This document shows, in pieces, positions 29,146 through 43,485 of a stretch of 64,000 nucleotides of DNA. Within the stretch, counting starts at the first letter, position 1. Every line of letters begins with the position of its first letter. Position numbers and translations under genes: made by a program. The notes beneath the pieces were generated by a model. That model saw only the letters and a program-made list of their open reading frames with translations, made no database searches and was not told the origin of the DNA. Where the stretch lies: assembly GCA_964016885.1 (NCBI GenBank), contig OZ024741.1:308450001-308514000 (forward strand). Reading direction: 5' to 3'. This DNA is from Eledone cirrhosa (Eukaryota).

Positions 29146-29177
<32 letters not shown>

Positions 29178-29439
29178 TGTATGTATGTATGTATGTATGT
29201 ATGTATGTATGTATGTATGTATGAGGTTTCTGTATGTGTGCGTATACATACATGCATACATAATACATATATATATGTACGTACATACATACATAATAAA
29301 TACATACATGCATTCATACATGCATCCATCCATAGATGCATATATACATCCATCCATACAAACATACATGCATACATACATACTCACATACATACATACA
29401 TACAAGCATACATACAAGCATACATACATATATACATAT

Positions 29440-29888
29440 ATGGTGGCTGCCAACTCGTTTTCGAGTACGGCCACTACTTTATATCCATGTAGGAGAACCC
29501 CTACCGATGCGCTGAACGAGTGTGACTTTTTAGTCCAGCCAGCGACTTGAAAACTCTGGTACAAACACTACACTTGTGACAATTATTGACACAGTGCTGG
29601 GCCTATGGTACCATGTGACGACAAGTGCAGAGAGATCTCCAGATATAAAGCAATGCCTGTGCCGTGAAGCTTTTATAGTGAGCAAAGGCACTGCACAAAG
29701 CCAGTCCCTCTCTCTTAACCAAGATGATATTTACCAAAAAGAAGAACAAGTCAACATCATTGGATACCATCAGGGTTGCAAGTGTTATATCAGAGTTTTC
29801 CTTCTCCTAGAATTCTGCCTTGACAAAGGCTAAGGGGTCATCTCTCCCGGTGATTTTGGATGGCCATTGACTCTTAAGAGCTCCTTTG
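29440..29888 (-). mobile_element. Second copy of the RTE-derived retroposon
   Basis: Reverse-complement match to 8417-8866, flanked by (CATA)n. A related 3' tip lies at 30467-30503. Confidence 0.8.
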
Positions 29889-30559
29889 CATACATACATA
29901 CAAGCATACATACAAGCATACATACAAGCATGCTTACATACATACATATACACATACATGCATACATACAGCCATACATCCATACATACATACATGCATA
30001 CATACATACATACATACATACATACATGCATGCATACATACATACATACATACATACATACAGCCATACATCCATACATACATACATGCATACATACATA
30101 CATACATACATACATACATACATACATGCATGCATACATACATACATACATACATGCATACATACATACATACATACATACATGCATGCATACATACATG
30201 CATACATACATACATGCATGCATGCATACATACATACATACATACATACATACATACATACATACATACATACATGCATACATACATACATACATACATA
30301 CATGCATACATACATACCTACATCCATTCATACATACATACATACATACATACATGCATACATACATGCATACATACATACATACATAAATACATACATG
30401 CATACATACATACATACATACATACATACATACATACATACATACATACATACATACATACATACATGTTGGCTGCCCCCTCGTTATCGAGTATGGCCAT
30501 TGCACGATATACCATTATTAATAATTATTAATTAATTCTATCGTGCAATGCCTGTGCGT

Positions 30560-32065
30560 GATTGGTGGTGGATTGTGGGTGGGTGGTGGGTGGATGGTGG
30601 TGGGTGGATGGTGGGTGGTGGTGAGTGGATGGTTGTGGGTGGATGGTGGGTGGATGGTGGGTGGATGGTGAGTGGATGGTGGGTGGATTGTGGGTGGATG
30701 GTGGGTAGATGGTGAGTGGATGGTGGGTGGTGGTGGTGGGTAGATGGTGGGTGGATGGTGGGTGAGTGGATGGTGGTGGGTGGATAGTGGGTGGATGGTG
30801 TTGGGTGGATGGTGTTGGGTGGATGGTGATGGGTGGATGGTGCGTGGATGGTGAGTGGATGGTGGGTGGATGGTGGTGGGTGGATGGTGGGTGGATGGTG
30901 GGTGGGTGGTTGTGGGTGGATGGTGGGTGGATGGTGAGTGGATGGTTGTGGGTGGATGGTGGGTGGATGGTGAGTGGATGGTGGGTGGATGGTTGTGGGT
31001 GGATGGTTGTGGGTGGATGGTGGGTGGATGGTAAGTGGATGGTGGGTGGAGTGTTGTGGGTGGATGGTGGGTGGATGGTGAGTGGATGGTGGGTGGATAG
31101 TGGGTGGATGGTGGGTGGATGGTGAGTGAATGGTGGGTGGATGGTTGTGGGTGGATGGTGGGTGGATGGTTGTCGGTGGATGGTGGGTGGATGGTGAGTG
31201 GCTGGTGGGTGGATGGTGGGTGGATGGTTGTGGGTGGATTGTGGGTAGATGGTGAGTGGATGGTGGATGGTGGTGGGTGGATGGTGGTGGGTGGATGGTG
31301 CGTGCAAGAATGGATGGTTGGATGGGTGGATGGGTGGATGGGGGGTGGATGGTGGTGGACGGATGGGTGGATGGTTGGATGGTTGGATGGTTGGATGGAT
31401 GGTTGATGGTTGGATGGATGGAGGGTGGATGGAGGGTGGATGGTTGGATGGATGGATAGCTAGATGTATGGATGGATAGCTAGCTAGTAAAGATGAATGA
31501 CATGATAGATGAGTGGTTGGGTTGATGGTTGTACAAGTGGATTTATGGATAGAAGGATGGGTGGATAGAAGGATGGGTAGATAGAAGGATGGGTAGATAG
31601 AAGGGTGGGTAGTCAGATGGATAGATAGATAGAAGGATGGGTAGTCAGATGGATAGATAGATAGAAGGATGGGTAGATAGAAGGATGGGTAGTCAGATGG
31701 GTAGATAGATAGAAGGATGGGTAGATAGAAGGATGGGTAGTAAGATGGGTAGATAGATAGAAGGATGGGTACATAGATAGAAGGATGGGTAGTCAGATGG
31801 GTAGATAGATAGAAGGATGGGTAGTCAGATGGATAGATAGATAGAAGGATGGGCAGATAGAAGGATGGGTAGTAAGATGGGTAGATAGATAGAAGGATGG
31901 GTACATAGATAGAAGGATGGGTAGATAGAAGGATGGGTAGATAGATAGAAGGATGGGTAGTCAGATGGATAGATAGAAGGATGGGTAGATAGATAGAAGG
32001 ATGGGTAGTCAGATGGGTAGATGTAAGGATTGGTAGTCAGATGGATAGATGGAAGGATGGATGGA
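30560..32065. repeat. GGAT/GGT-rich and GATA/GGAT-rich compound satellites
   Basis: Seen directly. Confidence 0.9.
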
Positions 32066-32374
32066 TTAATGCATGGATGCATGAAAGTGTGATGAGGTGT
32101 TGATAGTGTTTGGAGGTGGCGGGGTGGACATTGATAGGAAATGAAGAAATGAAAATTGCCAAATATTCACAATTTATTAATAAAGCTTTTGTTTTGTGCC
32201 TGTGTGTGTAGGGGAAGATAGAGGATGTGTGGACATGTGTGTGTAGGGGAAGATAGAGGATGTGTGGACATGTGTGTGTGTATAGAGAGGAGAAAGATGT
32301 GTGTGTGTAAGAGAGGAGAAAGATGTGTGTGTGTGTGTGTGTAAGAGAGAAAGAAGCAGGTGTGATTATGTTTA

Positions 32375-32405
<31 letters not shown>

Positions 32406-32425
32406 AAAGCAGGTGTGATTATGTT

Positions 32426-32466
<41 letters not shown>

Positions 32467-32593
32467 AAGAAGCAGGTGTGAGTATGTTTATGTGTGTGTG
32501 TATGTGTGTGTGTGTAAGAGAGAAAGAAGCACGTGTGAGTATGTGTGTGTGTGTGTGTGTGTTGTAAAGTGATTAATTGAAGATGGTGGACCT

Positions 32594-32631
<38 letters not shown>

Positions 32632-32756
32632 GAGGTGTTGGTGTATGAGTAGATTGTTCTAGTGAGTGTATGAGAATACATATACTGTTCCTCGTATGAG
32701 GTGTGTGTGCTCGTTAAAGGCCGTGTGAGAGAATGATACTGGTGTGTGTGTGTGTG

Positions 32757-32794
<38 letters not shown>

Positions 32795-33105
32795 ATGTGT
32801 ATGTGTGAAAGAGGGTGATATGGCGCCTTTGTAGAATGAGGGACGGGGCGAAGCTATGTTAGTTTGGCTGTTTATATGCATAATGTTGTTTGTGTGTGTG
32901 TGTGAATCTGTGCAAGTGCATGTGTGTGTATGTGTGTGTGAGATTGTGTGTGTGTGTGTGTGTGTGCATGTGTGTGTGTATGTGTACTATCAATGTATGA
33001 GTGGTTGTGAATGTGTATGTGGAAAATAGGTGAGTAGATAGACGTGTTACATCTATGTGGGTGTCTATATGCACCTTTGGGATCGTGTGTGTGTGTGTGC
33101 GTGTG

Positions 33106-33144
<39 letters not shown>

Positions 33145-33613
33145 ATGGGGCGTAGGTGTATAGTAAGGTGTGCATAAAGAATGCATATCCGTATAACTGT
33201 CTGTTTGTTGGTGTGATGTATATTCTGATGTGTGCATGTATGTGTGCCTGTCTATATATGTATGCATGTATAAATTAATAATAAATTAATAAATAATAAA
33301 TTATGTATGTATGTATGTATGTATGTTAATGTATGTATATGTGCATGTCTGTATGTGTGTGTTCAGGTGCGTGTTTGTGTCTCTTATGAATTAGCAGAAC
33401 CGTTAGAGTGTTGGACCAAACTTATTGTATTACTTGACATTGTCCCTTTACGTTTTGAGTTCAAATCCCGGACGATTCGATAATGGACTTTATCTTCCCG
33501 GGGTTGATAATTGATAAAATAAGCGATAGTCAAATACAGCGAATGGATGAAATCGATTATAACCTTGTAGGCTTTGATCCACCATTGTCACTGTTACTAC
33601 AACCTTGCCATAC

Positions 33614-33660
33614 CAAGTACGTACGTTTCGTTAGCTCTGAGGACTAACTTGTTCAACCTG
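33614..33660 (-). ncRNA. Degenerate hammerhead downstream of a PLE ORF end
   Basis: Minus strand: CAGG TTGAACA A GTTAG..CTAAC GAAA CGTACG TA CTTG. Confidence 0.6.
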
Positions 33661-33870
33661 TGCCAATGAATATGAACCAGAAGATGTTTATTTAAAAAGG
33701 AAAACATAGAACAATGGCAAAAGAGAGAAGCTCCTAAACCATGCAATTTGACCGAAAAAACGCGAACAAGTGATAAATTAGCGAATAATTATGAGGGGCT
33801 AGAAAAGATCAATAGATTAAGAAAGATATAAATAAATCAATATTAAGGAGGCCAGTTCTTTAAAAAATAC

Positions 33871-34090
33871 TTAAAAACATGAAAACATCGCGAGAAGAAC
33901 TGCGTTACGTGCGTTAAGTGGTTTGTTATTGTTGTAGAGATTATTCAATATGCACGATTTCTCCACATTGCATAATCTGCAGATCTTGAACCCATTTATA
34001 TATGTTCGAGATTTATCTTGTGTCTCCCATTTGATGGAGAAGTCCATGTTTCTGTCTTTGAGTTGCCATATTTTATTAGCCAAATTTTTT
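33871..34090 (-). pseudogene. PLE GIY-YIG endonuclease, C-terminal fragment
   Basis: ANKIWQLKD...IKWE..DKSRTY...CRLCNVEK..I...LNARN fits the PLE endonuclease C-terminal pattern. Confidence 0.8.
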
Positions 34091-34252
34091 TTTATATTTA
34101 CAACTGCATCAACGGATTGGTATTTCTACCAAATTTTAAACTGTGCTAATAATAAGTATTTGGTCTACGATTTTATATATACTTACATATATGCGATCCT
34201 TATCGAGTCCTCTCTGGATTTTGCTCTTTCTTTATTACTACTACTATATATA

Positions 34253-34357
<105 letters not shown>

Positions 34358-34702
34358 TTTATATATATATATATCTTAAGAAGTGCGCTAGCAGCCAAAG
34401 TCTACTATACACGGATATAACTTTATCGTACATAACGGCTGCTAGCGCACTTTTTAATATAACACGAGCAGTAATTACATGCAAATTACGTCCATTTCAA
34501 AACAATACTAGGAGTGAGTATATAAGCCCACGAAATATATGTTTCCTTCTAAGGGCCCAATTAGGTCCGAAATTCGATTAAAGGTGTTTATCACTTTTTC
34601 AATTTACAAGGAAATTCGTATTTTCTGGCATGTTTACAAGCCTGCATATATGTCCAGTTTCGGTTAAACACACTGTGAATATATAGATATAACTATGACT
34701 AA

Positions 34703-34985
34703 ATGAATGAGACAAGATGAAACACACCTTTTAACATTTTCAGCTCTCAGACCGGCTGTGGTTTAGCACGATTTAATCTAATTTGCGAAACCACAGCCGG
34801 TCTGAGAACTGAAGAGGTTAAAAGATGTATGTGTCTGATCTTGTCTCGTTCATTTTCTTCCTTTGCTCCTTTCTTACTATCACTTCTGCAGGCCTACACA
34901 CTTCTTTACTCGACTCTATCATTGACGGCATTTTGTTGTTTTAAAAGCTATTCTTCGGTTGTGTTTTTTTGTCATTATTCTAGGA
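34703..34985 (+). mobile_element. PLE-type fold-back element
   Basis: Palindrome 34703-34855 centred on GCA..TGC, immediately 5' of GAAA CC..GG TC. The tail runs to (TA)n. Confidence 0.7.
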
Positions 34986-34992
34986 ATATATG

Positions 34993-35134
<142 letters not shown>

Positions 35135-35591
35135 TCACAGGCCTCGAATTATCGTCCCCTCTCCCGCTTATTAAAATTTGCTAATCTATCTCCGGTAAAA
35201 TTTTATTTTAAGTGGTAGCATTCCTGCGACAATTCATTTTCTTTATACATTAAAAAACATTATTCATGAAAAGTACATTACAAGAAATCCCATACGTTAT
35301 AAAACAAATAGGATGGGATGAGGTTTCAATATGTAAACTAAACGACTAAGTCTGTTTATTTTTTTTTCATCAAGGGAAACAACCTCGAAAAATTACGGAT
35401 TTTTCACCCTACCTCCACTTCTTCCACTCTATTCCACCCCACCCCCCTTTATTTGTGACCCTAGAGTAATGATATAAAATCAGTAAAGATGGGATGATAT
35501 TTTATTTCTCACGATTGATTCAGCAAATATATTCACTCCTGCAATATCCACCACATATTGTATATGTGTGTGTGTGTGTGTGTACACACAG

Positions 35592-35625
<34 letters not shown>

Positions 35626-36002
35626 GTATATATATATGTATATATATATATATATATTCTGATATGAGACTCGAGTAATATTTCCTCTTCGGTGAAAATG
35701 ACTTTTATTATAGCAAGAATATGTTATTATAACAAATCGTTATAATAACAATTCCACCGTGCATAGTAAACACACCGTGAAAAGAAAGACTAATATGTAT
35801 ACATTTATAGTCGATTAACGGCGGACCATGTAATACCAGCACTATACATGTTCAAATACAAAACTGGAAGGTGTTGGCTGTACTTTTAGAAGATGGTATG
35901 GATAGGACATGTGAAAGATCATGTGAGACAGCACTTTCAGTGGTGGTAGGATCCTGTAGGTATATTTACCTGTATATATATATAATCACATACATATATA
36001 TA

Positions 36003-36191
36003 TAGGAAAAGGTATGACACCGACGGCTGAGCTCAAGCCGTTTCGACGGCGAATTCTGGACTAAATGCCGTTGAAACAGCTTGAGCTCAGCCGTCGGGGT
36101 CCTACTCGTTCCTATTACCCACTCTACTACCCTAAGTATTGAGTACTTTGGTGCGTTATGGTCCATCTGGTTCCTTACCACATTTCCTTCG

Positions 36192-36195
<4 letters not shown>
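36003..36195 (+). mobile_element. PLE-type fold-back element, family B
   Basis: GAAA CAGCT TGAGCTC AGCCG TC GGGG half-hammerhead, mirrored on the other arm. ACTC..TTGAGT tail. Flanked by (TA)n. Confidence 0.75.
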
Positions 36196-36230
<35 letters not shown>

Positions 36231-36233
36231 TGT

Positions 36234-36268
<35 letters not shown>

Positions 36269-36400
36269 AATAAAGATTTAGCGAGAATCGCATTTCGGCG
36301 GGCAGGAAAAGTGAAGCGAAACGCAAAAATCAGAAATGATACTGGCAAAGTGCTCAATAGTTAAAAACCAGAGCTAAATATATATATATATATATGTCTG

Positions 36401-36475
<75 letters not shown>

Positions 36476-36533
36476 TATATATATAAATTAAATTCAAATA
36501 TTAATAAAATAGATGTACTTGTGATCAATTAAA

Positions 36534-36597
36534 TTTTATTATACATATTTCAGAGGTACTTGAATCAAGTTCAATAGTACGTCCTCATCAGATAAAA
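36534..36597 (-). ncRNA. Type-I hammerhead ribozyme (family D)
   Basis: Minus strand: TTTTAT CTGATGA GGAC GTAC..GTAC CTCT GAAA TATGTA TA ATAAAA. A partial copy lies at 16968-17040. Confidence 0.75.
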
Positions 36598-36797
36598 TAA
36601 AATGATACATGACATACCCTGACATGTTAAATGGTTCAGATTTAATCACCTTGATTAAATCTTATTAATATTTATTAAATTTTATTAATATTTAAATTTA
36701 ATATTAATAACTCTGGAAAATGTCCCCTTGTAGAGTGCTTTCAATCTACTGTAAAACTCATTCTTTGATCTACTCATTGAATGTTGTTTAACTCTTT

Positions 36798-37370
<573 letters not shown>

Positions 37371-37539
37371 AGTACATCTACCAACATATGTGTACAGATG
37401 TACACCCATGCTAGCAAATATATATGTTATGTCTTAGTACCTTTGTGGTTCTATGCAGGGGGATGCAGAACAATTATATGAAAGACGTAAAATAAGAAAA
37501 TTTTAAAAATTAAAAATCAACTTACTTACTAAAATTTTC

Positions 37540-37621
37540 ACTCCAACTAATTAGTTTCTGTAAGGGGATAAATATAGTTACATAATATAACTATAGAGAA
37601 TTCCTTACGTCATCAGGGAAT
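37540..37621 (-). ncRNA. Type-I hammerhead ribozyme with a long stem II
   Basis: ATTCC CTGATGA C GTAAGG...CCTTAC A GAAA CTAATTAG TT GGAGT. Confidence 0.85.
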
Positions 37622-38155
37622 CTATTCTCAGCTAAGTTCCCAGGCGATGCGCGGACACTAGGGACCCATATAAAAATAATAATTCAGTGGATGGAATAAA
37701 GCTAGCGAGGACTAAATTCCAGAGCACTGAAAAAATTCACTGCCTCTGATTTTACGTCTTTCATATAATTGTTCTGCATCCCCCTGCATAGAACCACAAA
37801 GGTACTAAGACATAACATATATATTTGCTAGCATGGGTGTACATCTGTACACATATGTTGGTAGATGTACTAATTCTCTATATTTAGCTCCAAATTATTA
37901 GTTGAGCAAAACTTGCCAAAATTTACTGCTGATTCATGGTAGTAGTAGGCTCTTGTCATAATACCACCCCGCTCCTAACTGATTAACCTCAGTGTCACGT
38001 GATTGATTCTTTAGAATCTGCCACTGACCAGAGACAGTGAATTCTTTCAGTGCTCTGGAATTTAGTCCTCGCTAGCTTTATTCCATCCACTGAATTATTA
38101 TTTTTATATGGGTTCCTAGTGTCCGCGCATCGCCTGGGAACTTAGCTGAGAATAG

Positions 38156-38237
38156 ACTCCCCGATGACGTAAGGAATTCTCTATAGTTATATTATGTAAC
38201 TATATTTATCCCCTTACAGAAACTAATTAGTTGGAGT
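38156..38237 (+). ncRNA. Hammerhead copy with a U4>C core change
   Basis: ACTCC CCGATGA C GTAAGG...CCTTAC A GAAA CTAATTAG TT GGAGT. Confidence 0.75.
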
Positions 38238-38310
38238 GAAAATTTTAGTAAGTAAGTTGATTTTTAATTTTTAAAATTTTCTTATTTTACGTCTTTCATA
38301 TATATATATA

Positions 38311-39518
38311 CTAGCAGAAGTACCCGGCGTTGCCCGGGTGTAAGTCGACCCTTGGTCTGTTGTTAAAATGTTTGAAAGTTACTTCCCGCGCATCACAGGA
38401 AAAAAACAGAGGTTAGTATACGCAGGTGTGTAATTGAACATAAATAATGGATCAATTGTAGGTTCACAGTGTATCGTTGAAATTGTTCTTTGCAAGACTG
38501 ACGGAAGTCAAATTCACTTGAAATTGAATTTTCAGTTGATTTTTAAAGCAGGGTGAAAAAGTCGATTTTTTCAAATATTTTTTTTTTTTACAATTTTGGC
38601 GCTCACATGTGCAGAAGAAGAAATAAAAGGGACTTTATCTGAATCGCGGCATAATGGCGAGTCTTTTGCGACAGTTTTCACGAAAATCGGACGTTCCTGT
38701 AAAAAATTATCCCATCTGCAACTTTGCCTTGTTTTTTGCGCAAAGTCGAACCCCCGCTTCAGTTTTATTGATTTTTTACATGAACGCGTGACCTCTGAAA
38801 TAGATTTGAGTAGCTAAAGACTTGTCCCAGTAAATTTGCTATATGTGAAAAAAAGTTGATCAAAATTGCGTCTAGGGTTATTGCCCATTGCAACAGCCTC
38901 AAGAACATGTAATTAAAAAGAATTACCATGGACTATCGTGCACGTTGGTATTGTGTTTAGCCTGCGAAAATCGGTGATCAATTGAGGCAACAATAAGCCA
39001 TACTGGTGACGTTTAAGTGGGTGGCAAGGAATTGATGCGGCATAGATAGCCATGGGAGTCTTGAAGGAGCACGGCGGTCAGGCAAAAGAAAGGGCCGAGG
39101 ATGGGATGGTGGCTGACAGTGCATGGAGGCGGCATCCTGAGGCATGAAGATGTAGTGGGGCGACGGTCAGCAGGCAAGGAAGAGGGCAGGGGTGGACGGT
39201 GGCAAGGATGCCGCATGGTGATCCATGGCAGTCTTGAAGGAGCACTGCGGGCAGGAAAAAGAAAGGGCCAAGGAGGGGATGGCGGCTGACAGAGCATTGA
39301 TGCGGCATGGTGATGCATGACGATACAGTGGGACGACGGGGTGCAGGGAAGGGAGATGGCCGGGATTGACGGTTGCAGGGATTCCGCATGGTGAACCATG
39401 GCACTCGTGAAGGACCAAGTCGTGCGGGTAAGGGAGAGGGAAGGGGAGGGCATGGTGGCTGACAGAGCATGGATGCGGCATGGTGAGGCATGACGATGCA
39501 GTGGGACGACATATATAT

Positions 39519-39559
<41 letters not shown>

Positions 39560-39566
39560 TATATAT

Positions 39567-39615
<49 letters not shown>

Positions 39616-40228
39616 TACATATATACATCACTATATATGTGTGTGTTTATCTATGTATGTATTTTATCAGCAGGCAGGAGGTTTTGGCTGCGCCAGTGAG
39701 GTGGAAGAGAGGGAAAGAGAGTATATACATGACTATATATGTGTGTGTTTATCTATCTATGTATTTTATCAGCAGGCAGGAGGTTTGGGCTGCGCCAGTG
39801 AGGTGGAAGAGAGGGAAAGAGAGTATATACATGACTATATATGTGTTTGTTTATCTATCTATGTATTTTATCAGCAGGCAGGAGGTGTGGCTGCGCCAGT
39901 GACGTGGAAGAGAGGGAAAGAGAGTAAGTTAGAGTTGTCCTGATTTTTGCCTCTGGTGATCCAATTATCGATTTTTCGAAAATTTAATGTAGCGCACGTT
40001 TATCCCCGGATCAAAATACACACTTGCGTCGAGTTTCATCGATTTAGGAAAATATCGATTTTTGGCTTCTGGGGTCCCGATTATCGATTTTTCGAAATTT
40101 TCAAGTAGCCTATTCCACTCTACGCGTTGAGTTTTATATATGTGTGAGGTTTCATGAAAATTGGATGAACGGCGTAGCATGCAAGTTCGGTACACCAAAC
40201 AACGCCCAACTTCACTTTATATATAAGA
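38311..40228 (-). mobile_element. Non-autonomous Helitron with internal tandem repeats
   Basis: Minus strand starts A|TCTTATATATAAAG and ends CCCGGGCAACGCCGGG TACTTCTG CTAG|T. Internal GC-rich repeats at 39040-39510 and a 102-bp unit x3 at 39630-39925. Confidence 0.85.
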
Positions 40229-40237
40229 TATATATAT

Positions 40238-40406
40238 ATTTATTAAAATAACAGATTAAAGTTTAAGCAAAGAATCGCTGCTTTCACCCTTAACTTTAAT
40301 CTGTTATTTTAATAAATATTTGCTCTACGGTTCTTATATATATGATATATATTTTCCTTATCGAGCCCTCTTTGGATTTTAGTCTTCAATTTTATTATTA
40401 TTACTA

Positions 40407-40410
<4 letters not shown>
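40238..40410 (+). mobile_element. PLE-type fold-back element, family E
   Basis: The left arm matches 27761-27814. The tail matches 34135-34250. Confidence 0.75.
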
Positions 40411-40484
<74 letters not shown>

Positions 40485-40489
<5 letters not shown>

Positions 40490-40825
40490 AAAGAATAGAG
40501 GTGTAACACACAAGTTATGATATATGGTAAACGGAATAGAAAATGGTGACAAATTGTTCACAGTGAAAAATAGTTTAATTAGGAATAAGTGAGAATTAGT
40601 AATAGTATTTGTTAGTATTGAGTTTGGGTTTTCACCGGTTGCGCATTTCTAAAACATCACGGACGCTCTATCTCAAAATTATTTTTGAAAAGCATTAGAA
40701 ATGCGCAACCGGTAAAAACCAAAACTCAATACTAATAAATACTATTACTAATTCTCACTTATTCCTAATTAAACTATTTTTCACTGTGAACAATTTGTCA
40801 GCATTTTCTATTCCGTTTACCAATA
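40485..40825 (-). mobile_element. Fold-back element between (TA)n tracts
   Basis: Arms 40525-40651 and 40695-40822, with a GAAA TGCGCA half motif near the centre. The tail tip CACCTCTATTCTTTTAAAT also occurs at 2202. Confidence 0.7.
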
Positions 40826-40829
40826 TATG

Positions 40830-40951
<122 letters not shown>

Positions 40952-40958
40952 TATATAC

Positions 40959-41048
<90 letters not shown>

Positions 41049-41057
41049 TTATATATA

Positions 41058-41436
41058 TATTGAAAGGATAACAAGGACGATTGGTTACTCCTTCATTACA
41101 TTTATTGGTAGGTGACGCGCGTTTCGCCACTGATCAGCTCAAGGTTCGATCTGTATCGATCTTACCCGACTCAATAATCGTATTTTCTTATACCATTTTA
41201 AAGGGTCCGTCCAGCTGCCGATTATTGAGCCGGGTAAGATCGATACAGATCGAACCTTGAGCTGATCAGTGGCGAAACGCGCGTCACCTACCAATAAATG
41301 TAATGAAGGAGTAACCAATCGTCCTTGTTATCCTTTCAATATATTACACTCTGTATAGCTCTACACCTCAACACAGAAGTGAACCTAAACATCGAGTACT
41401 CACCCGGGTGAACCTGTAGTAACTTCAAGTAACACT

Positions 41437-41440
<4 letters not shown>
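41058..41440 (+). mobile_element. PLE-type fold-back element, family A
   Basis: Arms 41058-41180 and 41219-41343, with GAAA CGCGCG TC. Tail runs to (TA)n. Confidence 0.8.
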
Positions 41441-41514
<74 letters not shown>

Positions 41515-41558
41515 ATGATATTAATAAATGGAAACTATATTTATAAAACCATATTTAT

Positions 41559-41613
41559 TTTATTATATATATTTCAAGGGTACCAAAATTTTGGTACGCC
41601 CTCATCAGATAAA
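41559..41613 (-). ncRNA. Type-I hammerhead ribozyme (family D)
   Basis: TTTAT CTGATGA GGGC GTACC AAAATTTT GGTAC CCTT GAAA TATATA TA ATAAA. Confidence 0.75.
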
Positions 41614-41707
41614 TACAAAATTTATTTTATAAATAGTGACATACCTAAGAAACCAGACCTTATCGGTTCAGGTTTCGGGTTAGATATATATATATTTATA
41701 TATATAT

Positions 41708-41840
41708 ACGTTATTCCGGGTTGAATCGGAGGTAACCACAGTAAGTAAGGTACTCAATACATAGCAGAGTATAAAAGTTTTAATATAGATGAGATTCTAC
41801 AGGACTAGAACTGTTTCATTCTTTAGAAATCATCAGGAAT
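41708..41840 (-). mobile_element. Family C solo end, with hammerhead at 41794-41840
   Basis: ATTC CTGATGA TTTC TAAA GAAT GAAA CAG..CTG TA GAAT, followed by the tail. Confidence 0.85.
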
Positions 41841-42077
41841 ATATATATACGTGTGTGTGTGTATATAGATAATATGTTGAATCCCGATGTTAATCGGGGA
41901 GCGACCGCTGTTAAAAAAGGTTCTCGAGTCTTGAGAATCTGAAGCTGAAACGGACGGGTTCTCTATTTGGGTTCTACCTTCTTGTCCTGCCATCTTGTCC
42001 TGCCATCTTGTCCTGCCATCTTATTCTGCCATCTGGACGACTGAGCGATGGAATGAATGTGCTCGTATCTGAAATCA

Positions 42078-43020
42078 AGAGAGAGTGTGTGTTAGAGTGA
42101 GTGAGTGTGTGTGTGAGAGAGTGTGTGTGTGAGAGAGAGAGAGAGTGTGTGTGTGAGAGTGTGTGAGAGAGAGAGTGTGTGTGTGAGAGAGTGAGTGTGT
42201 GTGAGAGAGTGTGTGTGTGAGAGAGAGAGTGTGTGTGTGAGAGAGTGAGTGTGTGTGTGAGAGTGAGTGAGTGTGTGTGTGAGAGAGTGAGTGAGTGTGT
42301 GAGAGAGAGAGAGTGTGTGTGTGAGAGTGTGTGTGAGAGAGAGAGTGTGTGTGTGAGAGTGAGTGAGTGTGTGTGTGAGAGAGAGTGTGTGTGTGTGAGA
42401 GAGACTGTGTGTGAGAGAGAGAGTGTGTGTGAGAGAGTGAGTGAGTGTGTGTGTGAGAGAGAGTGTGTGTGAGAGAGAGAGTGTGTGTGTGTGAGAGTGT
42501 GTGTGTGTGAGAGAGAGAGTGTGTGTGTGAGAGTGAGTGAGTGTGTGTGAGAGAGTGTGTGTGTGAGAGTGTGTGAGAGAGAGAGTGTGTGTGTGTGAGA
42601 GTGAGTGAGTGTGTGTGTGAGAGAGTGAGTGAGTGTGTGAGAGAGAGAGTGTGTGTGTGTGAGAGTGTGTGTGAGAGAGAGAGTGTGTGTGTGAGAGTGA
42701 GTGAGTGTGTGTGTGAGAGAGACTGTGTGTGAGAGAGAGAGTGTGTGTGAGAGAGTGAGTGAGTGTGTGTGTGAGAGAGAGTGTGTGTGTGTGTGAGAGA
42801 GAGAGTGTGTGTGTGTGAGAGTGTGTGTGTGTGAGAGAGAGAGTGTGTGTGAGAGAGAGAGTGTGTGTGTGAGAGTGAGTGAGTGTGTGTGAGAGAGAGA
42901 GAGTGTGTGTGTGAAAGACAGATTTTGTGTGTGCGGGTGAGTGTGTGTGTATGTGAGAGAGAGTGTGTGAGAGAGAGTGTGTGTGTGTGTCTGTGTGTCT
43001 GTGTGTCTGTGTGTCTGTGT
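42078..43020. repeat. (GA)n/(GT)n compound satellite
   Basis: Seen directly. Confidence 0.95.
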
Positions 43021-43485
43021 GACTGTTTATGTGTGAGTGTTTGAGCCTGTGTGTAGATAGATGTACATGGATATAGGTGTATATGAGTGTGTGTGGTTGT
43101 ATATATGTGTGTGGTTGTATATGTGTGTGTGTGGTTTTATATGAGTGTGTGTGGTTGTATATGTGTGTGTGTGGTTGTATATGTGTGTGTGTGCGTGTAA
43201 ATGAGACGGATGAATGGAAAAAATATTGGTTTGTAATTCTCCCTTATCGATCTTTCGTACTTCCTTTCCATATTTCTTTACAATTAGTCATCTAATCAAA
43301 TCAAACATAGGAGACAATGAAGGTGGTGGAGTGGGATAGGTGGTGGTGGTGGTGGTGGTGATGATGGGAGTGTGGTGTCGCTGTTGGTGATAGAGTTGTC
43401 TGGTTTAAAGTGTGAATGAGAAATGTCTAACTTTAAAAAGGTTTTAGAAAACAGTCAATTCGAGGATTGTACTTTGATGATATGA

